From: a virus
Lineage: Duplodnaviria; Caudoviricetes
Reading direction: 5' to 3' (one strand)
Virus record (IMG/VR): IMGVR_UViG_3300048577_000235
Coordinates: 1-28,293 of that record
Length of the DNA stretch: 28,293 nt
Shown: positions 1-8,490 of the stretch, piece by piece
Layout of the letters: the number at the start of each line of letters is the position of its first letter
Numbering within the stretch: position 1 is the first letter of the stretch
Translations under genes and position numbers: made by a program
The notes under the pieces: generated by a model
Told to the model about the DNA's origin: nothing
Database searches by the model: none
What the model saw: only the letters and a program-made list of their open reading frames with translations

Positions 1-1
1 C

Positions 2-211
2 CCGTTTGCCCAGGGCCGCCTGCTCGGTGAAGACGTTGGCCTTCGACCGGACCTTGTTCCCTTTGTGCTGGACCGTGGCCTTGGTGTAGGCGTCCCGCTC
101 GGCCTGGATCGGCAAACGGTAGTGGAACTCCAGGTTCGCCCCGGACAGGCGATCCTTCATCTCCAGGACGTACTTGCCGCCCAAAACGAGCATGGGCTGG
201 TTTCCCGACAT
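2..211 (-). CDS. Putative tail assembly chaperone, 5' part only (runs off the window)
   Basis: ATG at 211 with AAAGGAG RBS; MSGNQPMLVLGGKYVLEMKDRLSG...; directly after the tail tube gene. Function from position only. Confidence 0.55.
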   Translation of the reverse strand, partial: MSGNQPMLVLGGKYVLEMKDRLSGANLEFHYRLPIQAERDAYTKATVQHKGNKVRSKANVFTEQAALGKR

Positions 212-235
212 ACGTGCTCCTTTGCGTGAGAGGGG

Positions 236-1405
236 TTAGAGGATGGTCATGCGCCATTCGTCGTCGCCTTCGTCCCGGTGGGCGTTGGCGATGTAGTTGG
301 CGGTATAGGCGGCGATGCCCGAGCGCTCGGCGTGTTTGAGGCCGTCGTATTGGGCGGCCGGAAGCTCCAGGCGAACCCGGTTGCCGGGGTCGCTGCCGAA
401 CAAGGTGGCGATGCGCGAGGTTTGGGCCGCCTTCCACTTGGTCCAGGGGTTGAAGCTGGCCAGGGCGTCCATTTCCGGATTGACCGTGCCGGTGGCTTCG
501 CGGCCGGTGATGAGCACGCCCACCATGCCGTCGGCGGCGTTGGCGTCCAGGCGGTCCACGATGGTGTTGCCCATGGCGTAGGTGAGTTCGGTGACCACGG
601 GCCGGTAGTCGTCGATGACCAGGTTCGCGCCCATGAACATGGGCGGCTTGTGCTTGGGGTAATCCGGGACGGGCATGGTCGGGGCGTCGGCCGGATCGGT
701 CCAAAGGCCGGTCAGCGTGTATTCGATCAGCGGATACTTGTTGACGCCGCAGTTGAGGGTGAACGTGCCGCGCGCCCCGACCACGGTGTAGAGGATGGCG
801 TTTTTGTGGAACAGGACCGAGGTCGAAGCCTGGTCCTGGGGGTCGGCGGTAATCGGCCGGTATTCGATGCCGGGCGCGGCCGAAGTCACGTCGGCCAGGG
901 TGGTGGACGACGCGCCGGTCACCGGTTCGGGTTGGAACGTGCCGGTCACGGCCTTGAGCACCAAGGTATTGTCGCCGTCGATATGATGCAGGGTGCCCTT
1001 GGCGTTGGACGTCGAGCCGGCAATCTCTTCGCCGAGCAGGAAGCCGGCCACCGAGGACACGGCCAGCCGCACCACGTCGGTGCGCTGGACGCCGCAGGCC
1101 AGCAGGAACGGTTCGGAGTCCGGCGGCAGCACCTTGCCGGTGGCGTCCAGGCCGCCGCCGCGCAGTTCCACCGTGGCCTTGAAAATGATCTTCTTGGCCC
1201 CGATGACCGCGCCGGCTGGTGAAAAGGTGCGACGCACCACGTCGCGCTTGACCTTTTCGCCCGTGGGCTCCACGTCCACGCCGTTGTTGACCAGGACGCC
1301 GTTTTTGGCCTCCATGGCCGGCGGCTGGCCATAGGTCTCCTCGACCTTGGCCAGAACCACGGCTTTACGGGTCAGCTGGGTTTTCTGTTTTTGCTGTGCG
1401 GGCAT
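236..1405 (-). CDS. Phage tail tube / major tail protein (siphovirus-type)
   Basis: 389 aa; N-terminal VLAKVEETYG..P motif typical of phage tail tube proteins; follows gp37-like gene; AGGAGA RBS. Confidence 0.75.
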   Translation of the reverse strand: MPAQQKQKTQLTRKAVVLAKVEETYGQPPAMEAKNGVLVNNGVDVEPTGEKVKRDVVRRTFSPAGAVIGAKKIIFKATVELRGGGLDATGKVLPPDSEPFLLACGVQRTDVVRLAVSSVAGFLLGEEIAGSTSNAKGTLHHIDGDNTLVLKAVTGTFQPEPVTGASSTTLADVTSAAPGIEYRPITADPQDQASTSVLFHKNAILYTVVGARGTFTLNCGVNKYPLIEYTLTGLWTDPADAPTMPVPDYPKHKPPMFMGANLVIDDYRPVVTELTYAMGNTIVDRLDANAADGMVGVLITGREATGTVNPEMDALASFNPWTKWKAAQTSRIATLFGSDPGNRVRLELPAAQYDGLKHAERSGIAAYTANYIANAHRDEGDDEWRMTIL

Positions 1406-1417
1406 GTGCCTGTCTCC

Positions 1418-1858
1418 TTATTCGCCGAGCAGATACGGCTGGGCGATCTCGTAAACCGCGTAACAGGCCGTCAGGTCCGGCCGGGACAGAAAGGTTTCCT
1501 GGCGCTTGAGCAGCGCCGGCATGTCCGGGAAGATTTCCTGGCCGTGCAGGGTCCGCCGCACCAGACCAAGGAGCGGATAGACTCCCATCGCGCCACCCCG
1601 GGCGTCCTGGTTGCTGCGCAGCGACTTGGCGCAGGCAAAAACGAAGTAGGCTCCCCGGTCGACCTGGCGCTGGCCGTGATCCACGATGACCGAACCGGCG
1701 TAGACCACGAGCAAGGCCGGCAGGTTGGGCAAGAGCTTGGGCAGCTGCTCGGGAGCCAGATCGTCGCCGTAGGTCTTGATCTCGCGCACGCCGTGGCTGT
1801 CCCGAAGGGGTTCGAGTCTGGCCACCAGCGCGTTTTCCATCTCGTGGATTTCAACCAT
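1418..1858 (-). CDS. Mu gp37-like (DUF1834) tail completion protein
   Basis: 146 aa; IHEMENALVARL, LPALLVVYAG and SLRSNQDARGG match gp37/DUF1834 patterns; synteny. Confidence 0.75.
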   Translation of the reverse strand: MVEIHEMENALVARLEPLRDSHGVREIKTYGDDLAPEQLPKLLPNLPALLVVYAGSVIVDHGQRQVDRGAYFVFACAKSLRSNQDARGGAMGVYPLLGLVRRTLHGQEIFPDMPALLKRQETFLSRPDLTACYAVYEIAQPYLLGE

Positions 1859-2348
1859 GGGCGGCGACTCCGAGGTATTCGACCAGCACGTTCCCGATGG
1901 TGTTTAAGTCCTCGGCGCTCATGCCCAGGTAGGGCCGGGCCGGGATGCGGACCACCTTGACCGTGCGCGCCTGGCCGTCGGCCCCCCGGAAAAAGAGCGC
2001 CTTGGCCGACTTCGGGCGAATCTCGCCGCCTTCCTGATGGATGCGCGCGTACTTGAGCGAGGGACCACTTGGCCCGACGGTGACCTGGTCGGCAGTGGCC
2101 TCATGCACAATGCCGTTCATGAGCGCGCCGGTATCGACCAGGGTCTGGCCGCCCTGGAGCACGGCCCGGCGGCTCGGTTTCCAGCGCTGGCCGTCCGGGG
2201 AGTGCCCCAGCTCGAAGTTTTCCTGGATCGACGACACCAGGGCCAGGCCGATCCGGTCCATGGCCGGCGTCATGTCGCCAAGCAGGGCCGCGATCCGGCC
2301 AAGCAAACCGGCCGCCGGGCCGACGATCACTTCAACGAGCAGGTACAT
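1851..2348 (-). CDS. Phage virion morphogenesis protein (Mu gpG / tail S family)
   Basis: PDGQRWKPS, LVDTGAL, YARIHQEGG and IPARPYLGMS family motifs. Confidence 0.9.
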   Translation of the reverse strand: MYLLVEVIVGPAAGLLGRIAALLGDMTPAMDRIGLALVSSIQENFELGHSPDGQRWKPSRRAVLQGGQTLVDTGALMNGIVHEATADQVTVGPSGPSLKYARIHQEGGEIRPKSAKALFFRGADGQARTVKVVRIPARPYLGMSAEDLNTIGNVLVEYLGVAAHG

Positions 2349-2809
2349 CAGCCCATCCTCCGCCAGAAATCGTCCCCGAACCGGCGGGGGGCGCTGGCCA
2401 CGGACAGGCCGCAGTCGCCCGCGACAATCGGCTGGCCATCGACGGTGCCGGGCAGTGTGAGCGTGCCGGCGGCGAACTGCGCCAGGAGGTCAACGGCCCC
2501 TTTGTAGTCGGCGGCCACAGGTTTGATGATGTCCCCGAGGTTGGGGCGGCGCTGGTAGAGCCGGTACCGTGCGATGCGGGCGGTCAGGTCGCGGATGATC
2601 TTTGGCGGCGCAGCCAGGGGGACGTCGGCCACGCCGGCCAGATAGGCGTCGACTTCCTGGGACGCCTGGTCGCAGACTTCGGCCAGGGTTTGGGCCACGG
2701 CCGGGTCGGTCAGGTCCGTGGCCGTGCCGGTGTCGTTGACCAGGTCCAGGATGTCGCTCTCCTGGATGACCGCCCGGAGGTCCGCGAGGGTGACGTAGGC
2801 CATGGCCAT
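2348..2809 (-). CDS. Mu gp36-like (DUF1320) head-tail adaptor
   Basis: YVTLADL, ASQEVDAYL, IARYRLY and YKGAVDLL motifs; follows capsid gene. Confidence 0.85.
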   Translation of the reverse strand: MAMAYVTLADLRAVIQESDILDLVNDTGTATDLTDPAVAQTLAEVCDQASQEVDAYLAGVADVPLAAPPKIIRDLTARIARYRLYQRRPNLGDIIKPVAADYKGAVDLLAQFAAGTLTLPGTVDGQPIVAGDCGLSVASAPRRFGDDFWRRMG

Positions 2810-2812
2810 GCC

Positions 2813-3787
2813 TCACAACACCACGGCGTCGCACACGCCCCGGGTGTTGACGACCGGGAACGGCTTGGACTCGGCGATGAGCTGGTAGCCGCTCGGGTTG
2901 TCGGTTTTGACCGGTTTGACGAACAGCGGCAGCGGCTGGAGATTGGCGTCCAGGTCGTCCACGGCGCAGTACGGCAGCTTGTGGCCGGCATCGAGGGCGA
3001 TCATGCGCACAGTGCCGCCCGGCACGGCCGGGACCATGGTGCCGGACTCCGGGTCGCGGTGCTTTTCGGACCGGCGCTTGACCAGGTAGCCGCCGACGTT
3101 GATGCCCTGGCTCGTGATCTCCACCCGGATTTGCGCCGTGGTCTTGGAGTTCTCGGCGATGACGAAAAGGGCGTTGTAGGCGTCCTTGCCGGCCCAGATC
3201 TCGACCTGGCCGCCGAAGCCGCCGTCCTGGATGGCTTCTTCCATGTCGGACAGGCAAGTGTAGACGTCCTTGAGTTTGACGTCGGCATCGTTCCAGGTCT
3301 TGTCCGGGTCCACAGACAGGATCGCGCCGTAGACGACCTCGAACACGTCGAAACCGCCTTTTTCCAGGGAGACCGGCCAACGCAGCTTGCCGGAAAGCGC
3401 CCGGGCGCACAGGGCTTCGGTGGTGCGGCGCACGGCCCGGCGCAGGTAGTCGGTCTTGCCCCGGGCCCAGGTGTCCAGGCTTTCGCCCTTGAGCACCTGC
3501 AAGGTGCTCAGGTCGGCCGCCGTGATCGACTTGTGGACACGCACGGGCAACGGTTCGTACATGGCGATGCCGCCGCCCTCGGACACGGCCGCGATGCTCG
3601 GGCCGCCGCGCCGGATAAAGGGCAAGGGCACGGCGTCCACGGCGATGTCATCGGCTCCGAGCAGCGCCAGGGGATGCTGGGGCCGTTCGGTGAAGATGGC
3701 GTCCATGACCGGCGTTTTGAGCACCGGCAGGGACTTCAAATAGGCGATGATGGCTTCGCGGGTGAAAAGACCGCGCAGGTTGAGCAT
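2813..3787 (-). CDS. Major capsid protein (gpE-like family)
   Basis: 324 aa; position after decoration and protease genes; LRRAVRRTTEALCARALSG and C-terminal NPSGYQLIAESKPFPV resemble Phage_cap_E proteins. Confidence 0.85.
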   Translation of the reverse strand: MLNLRGLFTREAIIAYLKSLPVLKTPVMDAIFTERPQHPLALLGADDIAVDAVPLPFIRRGGPSIAAVSEGGGIAMYEPLPVRVHKSITAADLSTLQVLKGESLDTWARGKTDYLRRAVRRTTEALCARALSGKLRWPVSLEKGGFDVFEVVYGAILSVDPDKTWNDADVKLKDVYTCLSDMEEAIQDGGFGGQVEIWAGKDAYNALFVIAENSKTTAQIRVEITSQGINVGGYLVKRRSEKHRDPESGTMVPAVPGGTVRMIALDAGHKLPYCAVDDLDANLQPLPLFVKPVKTDNPSGYQLIAESKPFPVVNTRGVCDAVVL

Positions 3788-3799
3788 GTCGGGACTCCT

Positions 3800-4396
3800 T
3801 TAGTTGGGCCAGATGCCGGCTTCGGCCAGCAGCGACAGCACGGCGGCCGAGGGCGCGGCCGGGGCGACGGCCCCGACCTTGAGCACGTCTTTGCGGACGC
3901 TGCCGTGGACGATGACCAGGCCGGAACCGGACGCGGCGGTATCCACGACTTCATCCAGCACGCCGCCCAGGCGACGACAGTAGGCGGCGGCGACCTCATT
4001 GCCGTTCGCCACGTTGGCGGCGAATTCCACGGCCACGGCTCCGGTGACGTAATTCACGGTCCCGTGGCCCCCGGCGCTGCCGACGAGCCGGCCGAAACCG
4101 TCGTCGGCAAAGGTCTCGACGCCGTCGGCCACGATGACCGTTCCGGGCTGGACCGGGGCCTTGGCCAGAACGTCGGCATAGGCCTTGACGGCTCCGGTAC
4201 CCATGCCGAGGGCTTCCCCGGCTACCGTTTCAAAGGGCACGGCCAGGTCCGAAGCGTCCCGGGCCAGAAGCAGGCCCACGGGCAACACGCCCTGGCCGGG
4301 TTTGAGTTTTCGTCCGACAATGACCGGGGGATGCCCGTCGCCCCGGGCGCGCTGGTCGTCGTAGTTGATGCGGGTGATGACGCCGTCGATGGTCAT
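3800..4396 (-). CDS. Head decoration protein with inserted beta-rich domain
   Basis: Between protease and capsid; LKPGQGVLPVGLLL and GVLDEVVDT..VIVHGSV are gpD-like; Gly-rich central insert. Confidence 0.7.
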   Translation of the reverse strand: MTIDGVITRINYDDQRARGDGHPPVIVGRKLKPGQGVLPVGLLLARDASDLAVPFETVAGEALGMGTGAVKAYADVLAKAPVQPGTVIVADGVETFADDGFGRLVGSAGGHGTVNYVTGAVAVEFAANVANGNEVAAAYCRRLGGVLDEVVDTAASGSGLVIVHGSVRKDVLKVGAVAPAAPSAAVLSLLAEAGIWPN

Positions 4397-4405
4397 GGCT
4401 CCCCC

Positions 4406-4912
4406 TTAGACCTTGCCGGTCAGGTCGACGGCCTCGCCGCCTTTTTGCCCGCCGCCATGGGCCGGCGCGGCGAGTTCCGTCAGCAGGCCGTTTTCCGGCC
4501 GGTCTTCCAGCTCGCGCCAGTAGGCTTCCTCGTGGCCGACCTTCGCGGTTTTGCCGTCGCCGGCCGCCAGCTCGATTTCGCCGCCGGCGTTTCCCAGGGC
4601 GGCGGCAAAGGCCAACACCTTGGAACGCTCCCCGGGCAGGGCCTTGCCGGCGGCCACCAGGGCGTCGAAACGGCTTTCCCGGCCCTTGGCGGTCTGGTCG
4701 TTCTTGAAGTCGGCGAATTCCTTGACCGCCTTGTCCCGGTCGGCCTCGGCCGCCTGGACGCGCCTGGTCAGATCCTCGATCTGGGCCGCCAGCTCCTTGG
4801 TTTTGCCTTCGCCGGCCTTCTCGGCCTTGAGCCGGGCGATTTCGTCCCGGGTTTCCTGCAAGGCCTTCGTGGCGTCGGCGAGTTCCTGCCGCAGCCGCGC
4901 CAGTTCATCCAT
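4406..4912 (-). CDS. Probable in-frame internally initiated scaffold protein (Mu gpZ-like)
   Basis: In-frame ATG at 4912 preceded by AAGGAG at the start of the coiled-coil region (MDELARLRQELA). Confidence 0.6.
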   Translation of the reverse strand: MDELARLRQELADATKALQETRDEIARLKAEKAGEGKTKELAAQIEDLTRRVQAAEADRDKAVKEFADFKNDQTAKGRESRFDALVAAGKALPGERSKVLAFAAALGNAGGEIELAAGDGKTAKVGHEEAYWRELEDRPENGLLTELAAPAHGGGQKGGEAVDLTGKV

Positions 4913-5353
4913 GTCCGTCTCCTTGGTCGCCTCCTTGGCGAATTCGAAGGTGTATCCGTCCTCGGCCCCGGCCAGCCGGACCTCCTTGAGGCCCGGTATG
5001 GCCGGTTGGGCCGCGCCCAAAAGCCCGACGTGCCAAAGCCGCCAGCCCTTGGCGAACTTGGCCGAGACGTTGCGGTAGCGCCCCTGGTTCACGGCCTCGC
5101 GCACCGGCTCCGGGACGTCCCCGAAGCGGGCCAGCAGCACGTCGCCGTCGCGTTTGACTTCGGTGAGCCAACCGAAGGCCGGGTCGTCGAGCTTGGGATG
5201 CCCCAGGACCAACGGCACGCGGCGGTCGGCCGGATCGAAGCTGGCTACGGCCGCGTCGAGGTCGTCGCGGGTGATGCTGACCGCCTCGCCGGACAGGGCC
5301 GTAAACGGGCCGCCGGCCCGGGCGATCTCGATCCATTTGGTGCGTGCTGCCAT
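4406..5353 (-). CDS. Mu gpI-like prohead protease / scaffold
   Basis: WIEIARAG, PLVLGHP..DDPAFGW, YRNVSA and HVGLLGAAQPAIPGL motifs; coiled-coil C half. Start taken at ATG 5353 rather than the GTG at 5413. Confidence 0.9.
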   Translation of the reverse strand: MAARTKWIEIARAGGPFTALSGEAVSITRDDLDAAVASFDPADRRVPLVLGHPKLDDPAFGWLTEVKRDGDVLLARFGDVPEPVREAVNQGRYRNVSAKFAKGWRLWHVGLLGAAQPAIPGLKEVRLAGAEDGYTFEFAKEATKETDMDELARLRQELADATKALQETRDEIARLKAEKAGEGKTKELAAQIEDLTRRVQAAEADRDKAVKEFADFKNDQTAKGRESRFDALVAAGKALPGERSKVLAFAAALGNAGGEIELAAGDGKTAKVGHEEAYWRELEDRPENGLLTELAAPAHGGGQKGGEAVDLTGKV

Positions 5354-5359
5354 GACCCT

Positions 5360-5417
5360 GGTATGCCCGAGGCGGCGAACACAAAGGAGCGCGCTACGGA
5401 CGCGCACGGACACGATT
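5360..5417 (-). promoter_or_regulatory. Putative activator-dependent late promoter for head genes
   Basis: TACGGACGCGCACGGACACGATT (5395-5417) is 20/23 identical to 12736-12758 upstream of the lysis operon. Confidence 0.55.
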
Positions 5418-5693
5418 GCGGCAATGCCCCGGGTTATGGGGCGGAGGTGGGATAATCCCGGGATAATCCTAGGTCTAAAATGGGTCTAGGATTTGCGGAG
5501 GCGGTTGCAAGGGACGGGAGGCCTGGGCGGCCGGGGGAACGGAGCACAGAAGCGGGACAAGATCAGGCGGTCAAAGGAGGTCTAGGACCGCGCAAGGCTT
5601 GACCGTCCCAAAGAGCATGACTACACAGAACACAAGAGGATGTAACGACGCGGCCGAGCCCCGGCGGGGGGGATCGATAGGCGCGCCGGCCGC

Positions 5694-6989
5694 TCAAGGA
5701 GCCCCGCCCTCCTTGAGTTCCTCGCGAAAAACCAGTGTTCCCACTCTTTGCCCCTCCAAGTATTCGAGCATCCTGGCTTCGGATGCGGCGGTCACCTTGG
5801 GCGTGAACGCCGTAGCCGCCTGCCACTCGCGACCCCGCACAAGGTTGAATACGGAAAAGCCGCCGATACGCTTGCCGTCCAAGCTAAACAGGCGCAGCAG
5901 ACGCAAGGTGTCCACGGGCTTTCCCGAAATCTCGGCGGGCACTTGCCATACCTCATAGGGATTACGGATTGTTTGGGCCAAGAGACGGACGTAGGGAGCC
6001 CGGCCCGATTTGTCGACCTTCCAGGCCCTGCTGCCCTTGTCGATGAAAAACCCCTTGCCGACCACCATGGGCAGCTCGACGCCGGGCAAGCTCACGACCT
6101 TGGTCCCTTCGATGTCGGCAATCCCGAACTCGGACAAAAATGCCTGGACGTACCGCTCCGGAGCCAGGCCCGCCGGAAGGATGTCGGCCGCGTCCACGGT
6201 CAGGACGTGCCGGGGATCAATGCCCGCCAGCGGCGGCCGGCAAGGGTCGTCGGCGAAGGCCAAGCCGCCCCGGCAGATGGCCCGGGACACGAGCGGCCTT
6301 ATCTCCTCGGCCAAGGGGCTTGGCGTCAGGGAGTCCAGCCAACCTTTTCCCACATTGGTTGCAAAACCCTGGTCGGGCACTACGCGCACCGGACCGGAGG
6401 CCGTGTCGATCTCCTCGGGGATCTCGCTCTCGACGGCAAGTCCCCGATCCTCGACCTGGGACCGGGTCAGCGCCCGGACAGAACAGCGGCAGTTGAAACC
6501 GTTGGGCGGAAACCAGGTGTCCCAAAAGGGATGGCCGGCCGGGTAGACCTTGCCGGAAAGCGCCCGGTGGGCCGGCCGGGTGCGGCCGTCGTTGACCGCC
6601 GAATACTGCCAATAAGGAAACGTGTCGGCCATGGCCGTCATCTCGGCATAGCGGCCGGCCATGTAGGCGGACTGGACGTTGGTACGAAAGATCGTTTCCA
6701 GGCGAAGCGCCCGGTCTCCTGTGTATCCGGCCGCTTCCAGGGCCTGCCCCACGCGCGCTTTCCATTCCTTGAGCGGGATGCCCTGTTCCATGGCGTCAAG
6801 CATGGAGCGGCGCACGGCCTCGACCATATCCCCGCGGGCCAGTCCCGACACGGTAAAAGCCCGGGCCTTGGCCGCGTCGGAAAGCCGGTCGAACTCCTCA
6901 CGAGTGACCGCAACCTTGTCTTGCAGGAACCGAATGGCCTCGGCCGGCCGCACCGGCCCGAAGACGATGGACGCCGGGCGATCAGGCAC
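5694..6989 (-). CDS. MuF (gp30) minor head protein with C-terminal PBECR2-like domain
   Basis: RLETIFRTNVQSAYMAGR, YSAVNDGRTRPAH and PPNGFNCRC are MuF hallmarks; C-terminal RAPYVRLLAQTIRNPYEVW resembles PBECR2. GTG at 6989 overlaps the portal stop. Confidence 0.85.
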   Translation of the reverse strand: MPDRPASIVFGPVRPAEAIRFLQDKVAVTREEFDRLSDAAKARAFTVSGLARGDMVEAVRRSMLDAMEQGIPLKEWKARVGQALEAAGYTGDRALRLETIFRTNVQSAYMAGRYAEMTAMADTFPYWQYSAVNDGRTRPAHRALSGKVYPAGHPFWDTWFPPNGFNCRCSVRALTRSQVEDRGLAVESEIPEEIDTASGPVRVVPDQGFATNVGKGWLDSLTPSPLAEEIRPLVSRAICRGGLAFADDPCRPPLAGIDPRHVLTVDAADILPAGLAPERYVQAFLSEFGIADIEGTKVVSLPGVELPMVVGKGFFIDKGSRAWKVDKSGRAPYVRLLAQTIRNPYEVWQVPAEISGKPVDTLRLLRLFSLDGKRIGGFSVFNLVRGREWQAATAFTPKVTAASEARMLEYLEGQRVGTLVFREELKEGGAP

Positions 6990-8490
6990 GGCCGATCTCC
7001 AGGCGCACGGCATAGCGGCCAAGCAGATCGGCGGCGACCTGGGCCGCTTCCACGGCCTTTTGGAAATCCCCGTTGTCCAGGTCAGGGAAGGCTTCGAGCA
7101 GGAGTAGTTCCGCGTCTTCCCAAGACTCAGCGCGCTCCATAAGGTCCACGATGCGGCTGGCCTGGGCGCGCACGGCCTGGCCGCCCTCCTTGAGGGCTTC
7201 GGCCACCAGCCGTTCCACGGCCTGCTGGTCCGGGGTGAAACGCTCTTCCCCGGCCGCGAAAGCTTCGCCGTTTTCCGGGCCGGCCGCCACGGCCGCCACG
7301 CTGAATTCCTCGGACGTCAGGCCGAAGCTCTCGAAGTACGGCGTTTTGAAACGCGCGCCGAGGGCATAGAGCGAGCGTCCGAGCTTGGCCTTTTGTTCCA
7401 GATCTTCGGGTTCCACATAGGCAAAGACCGGCGTCAACGCGTCCGGCGCGTTCACCTGGCCATACATCCAGGCCAGATCATTCATGGCCGTGACGACCAG
7501 GGTCTGGTCGGCCTCGGCGTAGTCCGTCAGCACGTCATAATGGGTCTGACTGGCGGCGTAGCTGCCCGTGGTCCCGATTTCCTGGGTGAGTGTCTGGCCC
7601 TGGATGACCTGGGCAATGGCCGCGTCCATGTAGCCCACGATGGACAGATGGATGCCGCCCGTGGCCTTGCCTTCCACGGATTCGATATGGACCTTGGACC
7701 CGCCCGAAACCACGGCCACGGCATCGCGGACCATGGCCGACAGGCTGGCCAGCATATCCCGACGCTCCGGCTCCAGGGCTCCGGGCCGGGCCTCGCCCAC
7801 CACCCAGGGCATCCCGAACTTCTCGGCGAAGCGCATCATGAATTCAATGCCGCCCCGCTTGAAGGCCACCGGGAACAGGCAGCGGGAGAGCAGGCGCAGC
7901 CCGTAGGGATTCTTGAAGGTCGGGAAGTGCCGGGAGACCATCATCTTGAAGGGATGCACCTTGTCGCCGGCAATGGCGTCCTCGCCCCGGAAACACAGCG
8001 CGCCGTCGACGTCGAAGACGAACCACTCGCGCGGTTTGGGAACCAGATCGCGCACGCGCAGCCGGTCGCCGTCGCGCCGCCACAGGATTTCGGTCGGCGT
8101 AAAGCCGTAGTACGGCGCATCGAGCACCTGGGAGAACAGCGCATAGAGGTCCACCCGTTCCAGGTCGCGGGTCAAGTCGTCGCACAGCCGTTTGGCCTCG
8201 GGCGTGGGTTCCTGGCCGTCGACCTTGCCGGGGGAAAACCGGTAGTCCCTTTTGTTGAGCGTCTTGATCTTGCGCCCTTGGATCGAGGAGCACACCTTGC
8301 CGTCGGCGGTCAGGTCTTCGAGCACCTTGACGTCGTCGCCGCGCTCCCGGAGCACCGGGTCCGGATCGGGCAGCAGCCCTAGCGTCCCCCAGGAGGCCGG
8401 GGCCACGGCGACTTCGCCGAGCAGCTCGGCCAGGGGCCGGGTGCCGAATTCCATGAATCGCTTTTCGTCAAGCCACAGGCCACTGGTCAT
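6982..8490 (-). CDS. Portal protein (Mu gp29 / DUF935)
   Basis: LPDPDPVL, DAPYYGF, NPYGLRLLS, FAEKFGMP and GQTLT..GSYAASQTH motifs. Confidence 0.92.
   Translation of the reverse strand: MTSGLWLDEKRFMEFGTRPLAELLGEVAVAPASWGTLGLLPDPDPVLRERGDDVKVLEDLTADGKVCSSIQGRKIKTLNKRDYRFSPGKVDGQEPTPEAKRLCDDLTRDLERVDLYALFSQVLDAPYYGFTPTEILWRRDGDRLRVRDLVPKPREWFVFDVDGALCFRGEDAIAGDKVHPFKMMVSRHFPTFKNPYGLRLLSRCLFPVAFKRGGIEFMMRFAEKFGMPWVVGEARPGALEPERRDMLASLSAMVRDAVAVVSGGSKVHIESVEGKATGGIHLSIVGYMDAAIAQVIQGQTLTQEIGTTGSYAASQTHYDVLTDYAEADQTLVVTAMNDLAWMYGQVNAPDALTPVFAYVEPEDLEQKAKLGRSLYALGARFKTPYFESFGLTSEEFSVAAVAAGPENGEAFAAGEERFTPDQQAVERLVAEALKEGGQAVRAQASRIVDLMERAESWEDAELLLLEAFPDLDNGDFQKAVEAAQVAADLLGRYAVRLEIGRA

Noticed and set aside
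2690-5455. 921-aa plus-strand ORF, and similar long ones at 8556-10907, 5748-7142 and 278-1222
   Set aside because: Antisense shadows of high-GC minus-strand phage genes; no recognisable motifs or RBS.
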